A stretch of DNA of 64,000 nucleotides from Phaeosaccion multiseriatum (GCA_965112735.1 OZ218950.1:992001-1056000), one strand, 5' to 3'; numbered from the stretch's first letter, positions 1 through 11,708 are shown. Program-made: numbers and translations. Notes: generated by a model from the letters alone, not told the origin.

Positions 1-994
1 TCCTCGCGTGTTCACAGTGCTGAGGGGCTTTTTAAGAATTATTGCTGCTGCCCTTGTCCACACACAGGCACGATACCGGCCGAGCTTGGCGGATTACAAG
101 AACTGACGGTGCTTAGTCTCCACAGCAACGAGTTGACAGGTGGGTTACAGGCATGATGCCATCCACACCTCGTCCCTTCTCTTCGCGTGTTCACAGTCCT
201 GAGGGGCTTTTTAAGACGTGTTGGTGCTGTCCTTGTCCACACACAGGCACGATACCGGCCGAGCTTGGCGGATTACAAGCACTGACGACCCTTAGCCTTT
301 TTGGCAACGAGTTGACAGGTGGGTTTTTACAGGCATGATGCCATCCACAGCTCGTCCCTTCTCCTCCCGAGTTCACAGTGCTGAGGGGCGTCTTAAGACG
401 TGTTGCTGCTGCCCTTGTCCACACACAGGCACGATACCGGCCGAGCTTGGCGGATTACAAGCACTGACGATCCTTAGCCTTTATGGCAACGAGTTGACAG
501 GTGGGTTTTTACAGGCATGATGCCATCCACAGCTCGTCCCTTCTCCTCCCGAGTTCACAGTGCTGAGGGGCTTTCTTAAGAGGTGTTGCTGCTGTCCTTG
601 TCCACACACAGGCACGATACCGGCCGAGCTTGGCGGATTACAAGCACTGACGGTGCTTTGCCTTAATGGCAACGAGCTGACAGGTGGGTTACAGGCATGA
701 TGCCATCCACACCTTGTCCCTTCTCCTCGCGTGCTCACAGTCCTGAGGGGCTTCTTAAGACGTGTTGCTGCTGCCCTTGTCCACACACAGGCACGATACC
801 GGCCGAGCTTGGCGGATTACAAGCACTGACGATCCTTAGCCTTTATGGCAACGAGTTGACAGGTGGGTTTTTACAGGCATGATGCCATCCACAGCTCGTC
901 CCTTCTCCTCCCGAGTTCACAGTGCTGAGGGGCTTTCTTAAGAGGTGTTGCTGCTGTCCTTGTCCACACACAGGCACGATACCGGCCGAGCTTG
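1..994 (+). repeat. Tandem array of ~179-183 bp LRR exon+intron cassettes (5 full exons plus 1 truncated visible; array continues upstream of window)
   Basis: Unit = 72-nt exon + ~107-111-nt intron (gtgggtt(ttt)acaggcatgatgcc...cccttgtccacacacag), repeated with few differences. Confidence 0.97.
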
Positions 995-3922
995 GTGCGG
1001 TGCTCTAACCCCCCCCCCCCACTCCTGCCCCTGTCTGCTCCTCCCCCCTCAGGCAGCATTCCTGCGGAGCTTGGTGAGGTCCACAACCTTCAGTACCTGA
1101 CGCTCGAAGGCAACCAACTCAGAGGCACGATTCCTGTGGAGCTTGGGTCTCTACCCAGACTAAGTTACGCCTGTTTTACTCCCGGGAACCCTGATCTCCA
1201 CGGTAAGCCCTTCCAGCTGGTCCGAAGCCTGCTCTCAGCTGTTTTGCTTGCTTGAATGTCTATTCTCGTCCTCCATAATCCATGGGATTCGACTGTACTT
1301 GCGGTTAAGCAAGCCACGAGTGACCTCCCCTGCGCTCGAGGAGTAGCGAGGAGGAGAGGAGACCCCGCTCTGTCCTGCCTTGCTGTGTAGTAGGTGTAGC
1401 ATTGGTTGGCGTGACTGACTCTCTCTGACGCGCCGATCTCTCTTCTATGCGCGGTCCGCAGGCAACCCCGGTAGGCTACAAGACCGGGACAAAGTGCAGA
1501 TTTGGCAGCGAGACATTCCGCTGCTGACCGAGAGAGATATAGCCCGCTACGAGCTGCAGACTGAAAGGGCCTCCTTCATCACGCTCAAGGCCGAGCTTGA
1601 GCAGGCCAGACGAGACACAGAGTCTCTGCTGGAGGAGGCACAAAGAGCGTCGCTGTCTTCCGGGGTGGGCATGCTGCTGGCCGTTACGGACGCTGTAGCG
1701 AGCACCAGAGGCCATAAGCAGAAGGAGCACAGCTCTGAGGTGCAAGAGCAGCATCAGAGAGAGGGTGTTGAGGAAAGGGCCCAACTTCCAACAGCCTCCT
1801 GGAGGGGTCTACTCAAGGCGATTGAGCTCATGTCCAAAGGCGAAGCGACGCAGGACAATGGCACAATCGGGACAGAAGCTCTGGCTGAGATGGTGCAGGA
1901 GGAAAGGCGGGCAAGTGGGCACTGGGACTCTCTCAAGATGCATCAGAACATACTGAGGGAGTGGAGCCAGTCTGTGTCGGGGGAGGCTCGGGCGGAAGAG
2001 GTTAGCATTGGTGAGATCGAGGCGGTGGTGGTTGGCAACAAAGGGCTTGCGGGGAAGAGCTTGCATGAGGTCGTGGCAGCTCGAGACGGGGAGAGGAAAA
2101 GCCTGGTGGACGCGATGAGCCAGCTCCTCCTGATGAGTGCGAGAGAGGAGCTGCCCGACAAGATCGACGCCGAGAAGAGAGAGATCGAGAGTGTAGAGGG
2201 TCTGCTGGCACCGCTGAAAGAGTTCCAACTGTCATTTAGGGACCTACTTGAGGAGGGCGGAGGGCAGGGCGAAGACGAAAGCTTCGACATTGGAGCGCTG
2301 TGGGGGCAGGACGTTGACGAAAGCTTCGACATTGGTGCGCTGTGCACAGAGGCGCTGCAAGCTGTGAGGCAGTGGGAGGCAGCGCACGATCTCGCTGCCC
2401 TCGCGCAGAGCACTGACGGGCGCTGCAGAGAGCTGGGGCAGGCGCTGGCGAAAGCGCTTGGGTCGCTGGGAGGCACAAGCCCCGGAGTCGAGGAGGGAGC
2501 AGGAGCTGTGGGAGAGAGCGAGGAGGATGATGGCGACGTACGGCGATGCGTTCGACTGGCGGCCGAGGCGCAGGCGGCAGTCAACGACGAAGAGAGCGGC
2601 AGCGAATTAAGCTCCTTGCTCAAAGACCTTCCGCTCGTCGCTGTCCTGCAGGCTGGGGAGCGCCTGCTCGCGTACCACCAACAGAGGGTGGAGACCATGG
2701 AGGGACTGGGCGCCAGACGAGGCGTCTTCCTCGATGTGCTCGCTCAGCAGCAGGGGGTAAGCATCGCCTTCCACCACACGTTTGCACTCTCGTCACTCTC
2801 TCTATGTCTTCATCTCCGCTCAAAGATACTCAGCACAGAGGAGCGAAAGTGCTCCACGAAGTGTGTGGCTCTGACGGAGTCCATTGTGCCGCTCGATGCC
2901 TCCGCTCTTTGGAGACTTGACATGCTCTTCTGACACGTCCTGTGCCCTCCAGGTGGTGTCCAGCGCGTGCTACCCTCCCGACAACAGCGGACTGAAGGCC
3001 CTCCGAGGAGATCTGCACGACCTTCAGGACGAGATGGAAATACTGAAGACCAGAATCCCCCAGAAGCAGCGCCGGGGAGAGCCTACTGACGGTCTGCAGG
3101 CAGAGCTGAGCCGCGTCATCTCCGACATCAATCAGAAGGTTGGACGAGTGTTGTATGGGGTTGGCTTAGTGGGTCCGAAAGCGCTCTCGATCCTCCCCTC
3201 CTCTTGGAGCGCCACGCGACTGACGTCTCTCCCCTCCCGTTGGCTGTGTGGTTGTGCTCCCCTGCCCAAGTAGAAGCTAAGCCGGCGCATCATGGCGGAG
3301 GAGAGTAAGCTGTACCGTCTGGCGCAGGAGCACTTCCCCGAGCTGCTGCTGGAGGGCAACGAGTGGGGCAAGGAGGTGGGCATTGACGCCTCCTCCTTTG
3401 GGGCAGAGGCGCGGCGCCTGGGCCTGCTGGCAGATGGCCGGACGCTGCAGAGCTTCGCCAAGCATACGCTGCTCTCCACGCAGGCGGGAAGGCGTGTCTA
3501 CCTCGTGGAGGAGGCAGGGGAGTCCATGGCAGAGCAGCAGCAGGACGGTGTGCCTCTCCGGCGGAAAATGGTGGTTAAAGAGTTCAGCTTGAAGCTGGAA
3601 CGGGACATGCGGCACTTCTACAGACAGGTGCGTCTGGCCTGTCCCTCTCACGCATAGCCGTAAGTTGCTGACAAGTGAGCCCAAACGCACGCACTCACGT
3701 CAGAGCCTGCTCTCCCCTCCTCCTCACCTCCCGCCCTCCGTGACCAACAGGTTGCCCTGCTGCACCAGCTGAGGCATCCCAATCTCGTGGGCGTGTGTGC
3801 TGTGTTCCAGGACGTCACGGCGGGCTCCTGCTACCTGCAGATGCCGCACTATGGGGGAGGAGATCTCCGAGCCTGGATGGACGCCAACCCCGCCACGGCC
3901 AGGGATGCCGTCTTCTGCGCGC

Positions 3923-3987
<65 letters not shown>

Positions 3988-5534
3988 GACAGAGAGTGGA
4001 CGGAGCGACGAACAGAGTCAACCACCCCGCCCGAATGTATGTTCAGTTTTACCTATCCACTGAGCGTCTCATCGCTTCCGTCCGCCGTCCGCGCCTCGCA
4101 GATTCTGAGCGACGTGTTGGCCGGGCTGCACCACCTTCACGCCAGCGGCCTCGTGCACTGCGACCTCAAGCCCTCCAACGTGCTGCTCACCACGCGAGGC
4201 ACCGCCGTGCTGTCGGACTTTGACGGGCTACGCAAGGGGGACAACTTGGCCAGCGGCATGGGATCGACCACTTTTGTAGGAGGCATCCAGGGAACTATGG
4301 GCTACCTCCCTCCAGAGCTGCTGCAATCGCCAGGCACGAGTGTGGTGAGAAACCTCATCACTCCAAGCGTCGACATGTTCGCTTTCGGGAGGGTTGCGGA
4401 GGAGCTGCTACAAGAAGGGGTGCAGCTCAGTTGGCGAAGAGGGGAGGGAGGCGACAGGAAGGAAGAGCACCGCAGGAGATGCGACTCGCTCAAAGGCTTG
4501 ATCGCTGCACTGGTGGCTGATGACCCGGCCAAGAGGATGAGCAGCTCGGACGCGCTGGCCCACCCTCTCTTGGTGGAGCTCGGTAGGAGGACCGCGGAGG
4601 GAGAGGACAGGGTGAAGCAGCGCAAGCTCCAGTGCGGCGTCTGCTTTGACACATTCCTCGCTGCGGAGGGGGTGCAATGCGGCGCGGAGCACTTCATCTG
4701 TGACGAGTGCCTGGAAGGGTACGTGACGGCCAAGAGTGAGTCTGAAGAGAGGAAGGCGCTGTACAAGGGCGGGCTGCAGTGCCCCCAGCCTGGCTGCGCA
4801 TCAAGTCCCTTCCAAGGACACACCATTGCCAGCCACGTGTCCGCCTCCGTGTATGAGGCATATCGCACGGCGCTCAACGCGGGGCTGGAGACCAAGGTTG
4901 TGCAAGGCATGGAGAGGGTTCACGAGGTGAGGCTGAAGGTGGCCGGGGGTGAGGATGATGATGGATGGAGATCGTTTGGTGTCTTGCTAGATGCCGTTCT
5001 TGCGGGCCATTCATGTGGACTGTGTGGCGACTGTGTGTGGCTTTTCTTCACCGTTGCTGGCCCTTCTTTCGCCATTTCGGCCCCCTCGTTGTGCAGGAGA
5101 GGCTGGAGGCGATGCGCAGAGACTTTGCCAATCGATCGGCGGCCGACGCCCTCGAGGAGGAGGCCCGTCAGCACTCGCTCCGTGTCATCGAAACGGTCAT
5201 CAACCTGGCCTGCCCACGCTGCAAGCAGGCCTTCGTGGACTTCACCGGCTGCTTTGCCCTCAAGTGCGGCCGCTGCTCTGCGGGCTTTTGTGCCTACTGC
5301 CTCGCGGACTGCGGCAGCGACGCTCACGCACACGTGGCATCATGTGCTCTGAACCGAACTGGAGGTTTATACGGAAGCTTCGACGACTTCGAGGCCGCCC
5401 AGAAGGACAGGAGGGACAAGCTGCTGGCGGCCTACCTGCAGCCTCTGCGGGCAGAAGTGCGCGTCAGGGTGGTGGAGCTGCTCCAGCCGCACGTCGAGGG
5501 CCTGGGCCTCTCCATCGGACGGCCAGAAAACTGA
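68..5534 (+). CDS. LRR - helical/coiled-coil - protein kinase - RING/Rcat (RBR-like E3 ligase) protein, copy 1, 5'-truncated by window edge
   Basis: Hand-spliced exons, all GT..AG and phase-compatible: LRR exons 68-139, 247-318, 429-500, 612-683, 791-862, partial 974-994, cap exon 1053-1202, then 1462-2756, 2953-3138, 3274-3627, 3751-3924, 4102-4926, 5097-5534 (TGA). Motifs: GTIPAELGGLxxLxxLxLxxNxLT plant-type LRR; kinase VVKEF, HPNLV, HCDLKPSN, DFD, GTMGYLPPE, DMFAFG; RING CGVC..CGAEHFICDEC..CPQPGC; Rcat-like CPRC..TGCFALKCGRC..FCAYC. Confidence 0.9.
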
Positions 5535-6489
5535 GACGGGAGGCCAGGAGGGCAGGACGGCGGGGGGGCTCATGAAATAGACAGAGGGCTCGAGTGAGTG
5601 TTGTGCCTAGAATAGCGGTATAGCGGTATAGTGGTGTACTCGAGGAACACGCACACCACGTCCTACAGGCCTACAGGGTAAGGAGTGGGGGGCTAAGGTG
5701 GAGGCAGGTAGGCGAGGCTTTCATCCATTCCTTCGTCCATTCATTTAGTAATAATTCATGTATTCTTTCGTAAGATAGCTACTTGCTGAAGCCAACAAGA
5801 GATGAGCGAGGACGGCTCTGTCCTATCCCTTGTACGCTCTCATACTACCGACCACTTGCCGTACTGTGTTGAGCTCGGCGGGTAGGGGTCGAGAGAAGAA
5901 ACAAGCAGGAACGGAGGGGACGCTGGAAGCAAGGCCGTAGGGCGGAGGGCCGAGGTCCCCTCCTTCGCACCATTCTCAGCCGCGCACACTTGTCACGAAG
6001 AGTCCATATCTAAACCCTATCTACTGCCTCTGTAGCGACCAGCACTTCATGGAAGGAGAAGGGCATCGAAAGGCAGTGTGGTCCACGAAACAGAACATCC
6101 AAAACTAGTTAGCCAGTGGGGGCACCCGAGGAAGAAAAGGACCCCCAGCTGCAGGAGCGAGGAGCTGCTGCTCAGAGCAGCATCATCAGAATTGGAAGCT
6201 TCATTGCAAAAGTTGGTACAACAGTCTGCTGCGTGCTTTTGATGAGAAGCAAGAGCAAGAAGAGAACCGTATAGTGTTTTGTGTGTGGATCAGCAGCTTC
6301 AGAGAAAGATAGCTACGCACGAAGTTAGCAGTATGTGAGGCACCTTCTTCGCGGGTGATGCGCGTCAGTGGCGGCGGCTTCAGTGTACATAGGGTGGTGG
6401 TGAAGCAGGTTTTGCATCAGGGAACCCCGTGAGTAGAGAGGTGCCAGTTTCCTCCTAGCGCAACAACTGGTGGTGTGGATCGAAGGAGG

Positions 6490-6890
6490 AGAGGAGGAGG
6501 AGGAGGAGGAGGAGGAGGAGGAGGAGGAGGAGGAGGAGGAGGAGGAGGAGGAGGAGGAGGAGGAGGAGGAGGAGGAGGAGGAGGAGGAGGAGGAGGAGGA
6601 GGAGGAGGAGGAGGAGGAGGAGGAGGAGGAGGAGGAGGAGGAGGAGGAGGAGGAGGAGGAGGAGGAGGAGGAGGAGGAGGAGAAGAAGAAGAAGGAGGAG
6701 GAGGAGGAGGAGGAGGAGGAGGAGGAGGAGGAGGAGGAGGAGGAGGAGGAGGAGGAGGAGGAGGAGGAGGAGGAGGAGGAGGAGGAGGAGGAGGAGGAGG
6801 AGGAGGAGGAGGAGGAGGAGGAGGAGGAGGAGGAGGAGGAGGAGGAGGAGGAGGAGGAGGAGGAGGAGGAGGAGGAGGAGGAGGAGGAGA
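6490..6890. repeat. (GAG)n trinucleotide microsatellite, ~400 bp
   Basis: Direct reading; short AAG interruption at ~6682-6693. Confidence 0.98.
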
Positions 6891-8869
6891 AACCGTAATT
6901 ACCTCCGGGGGACAGGGGGATCCGGCGGTTTCGACTGGCTGTACTCTTGCTGGAGGTGGCGCCGCAACAAGTGGAGAGTCCCACTGCAGCAGTTGGTGAT
7001 ACAGAAGCGGGAGGTGGTGGGGTGGTGGACTTCCCAGCTGCGTGGTCCCCTGCGCATGATGTGATGTTGACCACTTTTCGTCGCCAACTGTAGGCGTTGG
7101 AGGCAGGAGGAGGAGGAAAAGGGAAAGGAGAGCGGCCCCGTCTCTTCTCTACAACCCTCCCCGCGAAGGAAAGAGCGTGCAGCAGCAGCAGCAGCAAGAG
7201 CAGCAGCCAGGGAGTGACACCCAGCGGCAGCAGAGGTGTAAATATGGCAGCCAGCACCAGCACCAGCAGGAGCAGGAGCAGTAGCAGCGGTGAGTGGTAC
7301 ACCAGCGCCAGTAGCAGCAGGAGCAGGGGCACGGATGGCAACAGGCGGATACAGCTTCAACAGTCGGAGTGGGAGCGGGGGCGGAGGAGGAGGAGCGTCA
7401 CTGTTGGCCACCGCCAGTATAACGGCACGCCTCCTCGAGGGGGTGGGGGTCATCCCCGAGGGGGCCATCATGGCACTCCCCGAGGGGGCACTGAGGGTTT
7501 ACTGGAGAGGTTCGGGGATTTGGAGGACGAGCTTGCGTGCGAGTCAGTGAAGTAAGCTCGTCTCTGTCTCTCTCCTCCTCCTTCTTCATCTCGTCATTTC
7601 TCTCTCTGTGTGTCTTTCTCTCTACCCCCCTGTCCCTGCCCCTCTCTCCATCTTACCTTTCTGTCACACACTCACTAGACCCCTCCCCCCCAACACACAC
7701 ACGCCCACAGGGGGGCCAGGCGGACGCTCTATGCAACATCCTCCTCTCTCACCTGTCGCGAGTGGGGACGGACCTGCAGAGAGGAGAGAGGACTCTGAGG
7801 GAGACAAAGAGCTCCCTCGAGGAGACGAGGAGGAGGGAGGAGGGCCTCAGGGGGAGGGGGACGCACTGGCTCAGCAGGTACGAGTAGGAGTAGGAGGAGC
7901 TGGTGGTACAGCAGCAGTCGGTGGTACAACAGTTGGTATAGAAGCAGTAGCAGGAACATCCTAAGCTAGTGATATGTAAGATGTTCCGACTGAGCGCAAG
8001 GCCTGCAAAGGCCACAAAGAGGGCCCCAAGAGAGGCGGCGAGGACCTGTGTTTTTCTTCCTGCTTTGACTCCTCTATTCCATCCATTGCCATCCATCCCC
8101 TTACACCCCCATGCTTTCTCTCCATTGTCGTCCATCCATTGCCATCCATCCATTACCATCGCTCCCTCCCTCCCTTCCTCCCTCCCTCCCTCCCTCCCTC
8201 CATCCATCCATTGCCATCCACCCCCTACAGGCGGTGGAGGTGCGAGCAGAGCAGGCGTCGGCCGCTACAGAGCTTCTCTCCATCCGACACAAGAGAGACC
8301 TGCTCAAGGCCCAGCAGAACGTTTGGCAGACAGCGAGGAGCGGCATCCAGGTGGGTGGGTGTTGGTCATACAGGGGTGGGTGTGGTGGGTGGGTGGGTAG
8401 GTGAGTGGATCACTAGGTGTGTCTGTGGGCTGATTTGTATACTTCCCGTGCCTCTCTCCCATTCACTACCATCCGCTACCATCTCATCCCTCACCCCCCT
8501 CTCTCTCTCCCATCAACTGTCATCCTTTTCCTATCCTCTGCTCCCATCCACTGCCATCCCTTAGTCTCAGCCGACCAAGGTGGTGTCCGAACAGCAGCTC
8601 CAACAACAGCAGCACGAGGACTCGCTCCGAAGCCTATCGAGGCTCAGGGAAGATAATCGTATCCTCCTTGCAGAAAACGACACACCATGACGGGTGAGAG
8701 AGGGAGGGATGGCAGTTAATGGGGGAGGGATGGCAGTGGATAGGAAAGGGAAGAGGGATGACAGCAGATGGGGGAGGGGGGTGGGATGGCAGTGAACCAT
8801 TGGTCCCTTGCCATCTGCTCTTTGCCTGTCTCGTGTGAGCGTGCGTGAGTGTGTTTGTGAGTGCGTGTT

Positions 8870-8909
<40 letters not shown>

Positions 8910-9064
8910 TGCGTGCGTGCATGCGCTGACCCTTGGTGTCACGCCGCCCATCCACTGCCACCCCCCCCTCTCTCAGAGGAGCTCCGTAGCGACCGAATGC
9001 CGCGGCTGCTGGAGCAGATACAGACAGACACACGTGTGGCGAGGGAAGAGGCCGAGGATGCAAG

Positions 9065-10682
9065 GGTGAGTCAGTAAGTGAGTAAGTGAGTAAGTGAGTG
9101 AGTGAGTGAGTGAGTGAGTGAGTGAGTGTGTGAGTGAGTGAGTGAGTGAGTGAGTGATTGAGTGAGTGAGTGAGTGAGTGAGTGAGTGAGTGAGTAAGCG
9201 AGTGACTGAGTGAGTGAGTGATTGAGTGAGTGAGTGAGTGAGTGATTGAGTGAGTGAGTGAGTGAGTGAGTGAGTGAGTGAGTGGGTGAGTGAGTGAGTG
9301 AGTGAGTGAGTGAGTGAGTGAGTGAGTGAGTGAGTGAGTGAGTGAGTGAGTGAGTGAGTGAGTGAGTGAGTGAGTGAGTGAGTAAGTGAATGAGTGAGTG
9401 AGTAAGTGAATGAGTGAGTGAGTGAGTGATTGAGTGAGTGAGTGAGTGAGTGAGTGAGTGAGTAAGTGAGTGAGTGAGTGAGTGAGTGAGTGAGTGAGTG
9501 AGTGAGTAAGTGTGTGAGTGAGTGAGTGAGTAAGTGAGTGAGTGAGTGAGTGAGTGATTGATTGAGTGAGTGAGTGAGTGAGTGAGTGAGTGAGTGAGTG
9601 AGTGAGTGAGTGAGTGAGTGAGTGAGTGAGTGAGTGATTGAGTGAGTAAGTGAATGAGTGAGTGAGTAAGTGAATGAGTGAGTGAGTGTGAGTGAGTGAG
9701 TGAGTGAGTGAGTGAGTAAGTGAGTGAGTGAGTGAGTGAGTGAGTGAGTGAGTGAGTGATTGATTGAGTGAGTGAGTGAGTGAGTGAGTGATTGAGTGAG
9801 TGAGTGAGTGAGTGAGTGAGTGATTGAGTGAGTGAGTGAGTGAGTGAGTGAGTGAGTGAGTGAGTGAGTGAGTGAGTGAGTGAGTGAGTGGGTGAGTGAG
9901 TGAGTGAGTGAGTGAGTGAGTGAGTGAGTGAGTGAGTGAGTGAGTGAGTGAGTGAATGAGTGAGTGAGTGAGTGAGTGAGTGAGTGAGTGAGTGAGTGGG
10001 TGAGTGGGTGGGTGGGTGAGTGAGTGGGTGGGTGGGCAGGAAGGAGTGAGTGAGTGAGTGATTGAGTGAGTGAGTGAGTGAGTGAGTGAGTGAGTGAGTG
10101 AGTGAGTGAGTGAGTGAGTAAGTGAGTGAGTGAGTGAGTGAGTGAGTAAGTGAGTGAGTGAGTAAGTGTGTGAGAAGGGAGTGATTGATTGAGTGAGTGA
10201 GTGAGTGAGTGAGTGAGTGAGTGAGTGAGTGAGTGAGTGAGTGACTGATTGAGTGAGTGAGTGAGTGAGTGAGTGAGTGAGTGAGTGAGTGAGTGAGTGA
10301 GTGATTGAGTGAGTGAGTGAGTGAGTGAGTGAGTGAGTGAGTGAGTGAGTGAGTGAGTGAGTGAGTGAGTGAGTGAGTGAGTGAGTGAGTGAGTGAGTGA
10401 GTGAGTGAGTGAGTGAGTGAGTGAGTGAGTGAGTGAGTGAGTGAGTGAGTGAGTGAGTGAGTGAGTGAGTGAGTGAGTGAGTGTGTGAGTGAGTGAGTGA
10501 GTGAGTGAGTGAGTGAGTGAGTGAGTGAGTGAGTGAGTGGGTGAGTGAGTGAGTGAGTGAGTGAGTGAGTGAGTGAGTGAGTGAGTGAGTGAGTGAGTGA
10601 GTGGGTGAGTGAGTGATTGAGTGAGTGAGTGGGTGAGTGAGTGAGTGAGTGAGTGAGTGAGTGAGTGAGTGAGTGAGTGAGA
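9065..10682. repeat. (GAGT)n tetranucleotide microsatellite, ~1.6 kb, intronic
   Basis: Direct reading; begins at the GTGAGT donor of the preceding exon. Confidence 0.98.
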
Positions 10683-11708
10683 GATGGCCAGAATACTATG
10701 TGAACGCACGCACCTTCCTCAATCGTCCCTGTTGCTGTATCTTATCTTCTTCCTCTCCCCGTCCCCCTCCCCTCTCCTCTTCTCTCCTCCTCCTCCACCC
10801 CCCCCCCTACCGTTATGTATGACCATTGTCCCCTTACGTAAGGCGGCGCTGTGCGACCTCGAGGCTGAAGTGGCGCGTCTCACCGCTGAGAAGCGAGTGC
10901 TTGTTTCCGAGCTGAGCAGAGTGCAGAGGAGGACGGACGCCGACGCCATCACTTGGCCAGGTGAGGTGGGGGGGCACACGGATAGGCACACAGAGAGGCA
11001 GGCAGAGAGGAAGATGGGAAGATGGATAGATAGAGAGAAATGCAGAGAGAGGGGCAGAGACAGAGAGACACATAAGAGGGAGGCAGAGAGAGATCGAGAG
11101 ACAGAAAGACACAGAGTGGGACAGGTAGAAGCAGATAGAGACAGAGAGGGAGAGAGAGATAGCCGGAAAGAGAGGCAGCCGGGCGCAGAGACAGAGAGAG
11201 GCACCTGGCTGGGCGCAGACGGGCATTGAGGCAGACAAGCAGAGATGCACAGACGCAGAGAGGCGTATGGGTAGACGAGCTACCAGGGAGACGGGCGGAC
11301 TGGCAGGCAGGCAGAGGCATGCGGGCAGAGACAAAGGGGGAGGCGGCGAAGGCTGTCGTCGTGTGTCTTGGGTAGCACAGGGACGCATTGCTCACATACG
11401 TTACCGCATAAGTTTACAAGTATTAAAAGCGCTTCCCTCCCTCTCTCTCTCCCTCTCTCTCTCCCTCTCTCTCTCCCTCCGTTTCTCAATCCCTCTCACA
11501 CCCCCCTTCTCTGTATGTGGGTGCGTGCGTGTCATGTTTGGTCAGGACGGAGGCGGACGAGGTGCGAATGATGCAGCGTACCATGTCTCACAGGCTGGCG
11601 AAGCTGGAGGAGGAGATGGCACAGCAGACTAAGCTGCAGACAGACTAGCTACGAAGTCAAGCTTCAGCGGCTCAAGGCGGAGAAGAGGGTAAACGTACGC
11701 CAGGCCCC

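Noticed and set aside
319-385. V(D)J RSS-like words in the cassette intron (CACAGTG heptamer, GGTTTTTAC nonamer-like)
   Set aside because: Spacing is ~43 nt rather than 12/23, the orientation is inconsistent, and the heptamer is CACAGTC in several units.
153-882. 60-61 aa mini-ORFs MMPSTPRP...CCCCPCPHTGTIPAEL...LQA with overlapping ATGA stop/start, resembling a translationally coupled operon
   Set aside because: By-product of the repeated intron. Canonical GT..AG splicing gives one continuous LRR protein.
1-994. CRISPR-like appearance (constant ~150 bp plus a short variable segment)
   Set aside because: The variable parts are homologous in-frame LRR codons bounded by splice sites, not unrelated spacers. 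No cas genes; eukaryotic context.
2274-2342. Internal 42-bp duplication DESFDIGALWGQDVDESFDIGALC
   Set aside because: Real but present identically in both gene copies; an ordinary in-frame duplication with no further signal.
6325-10709. Long ORFs of poly-E/S/G or (SLTH)n, and similar ones at 41051-44276, 45657-46599 and 57002-61630
   Set aside because: Stop-free translations of intronic microsatellites with no coding signal.
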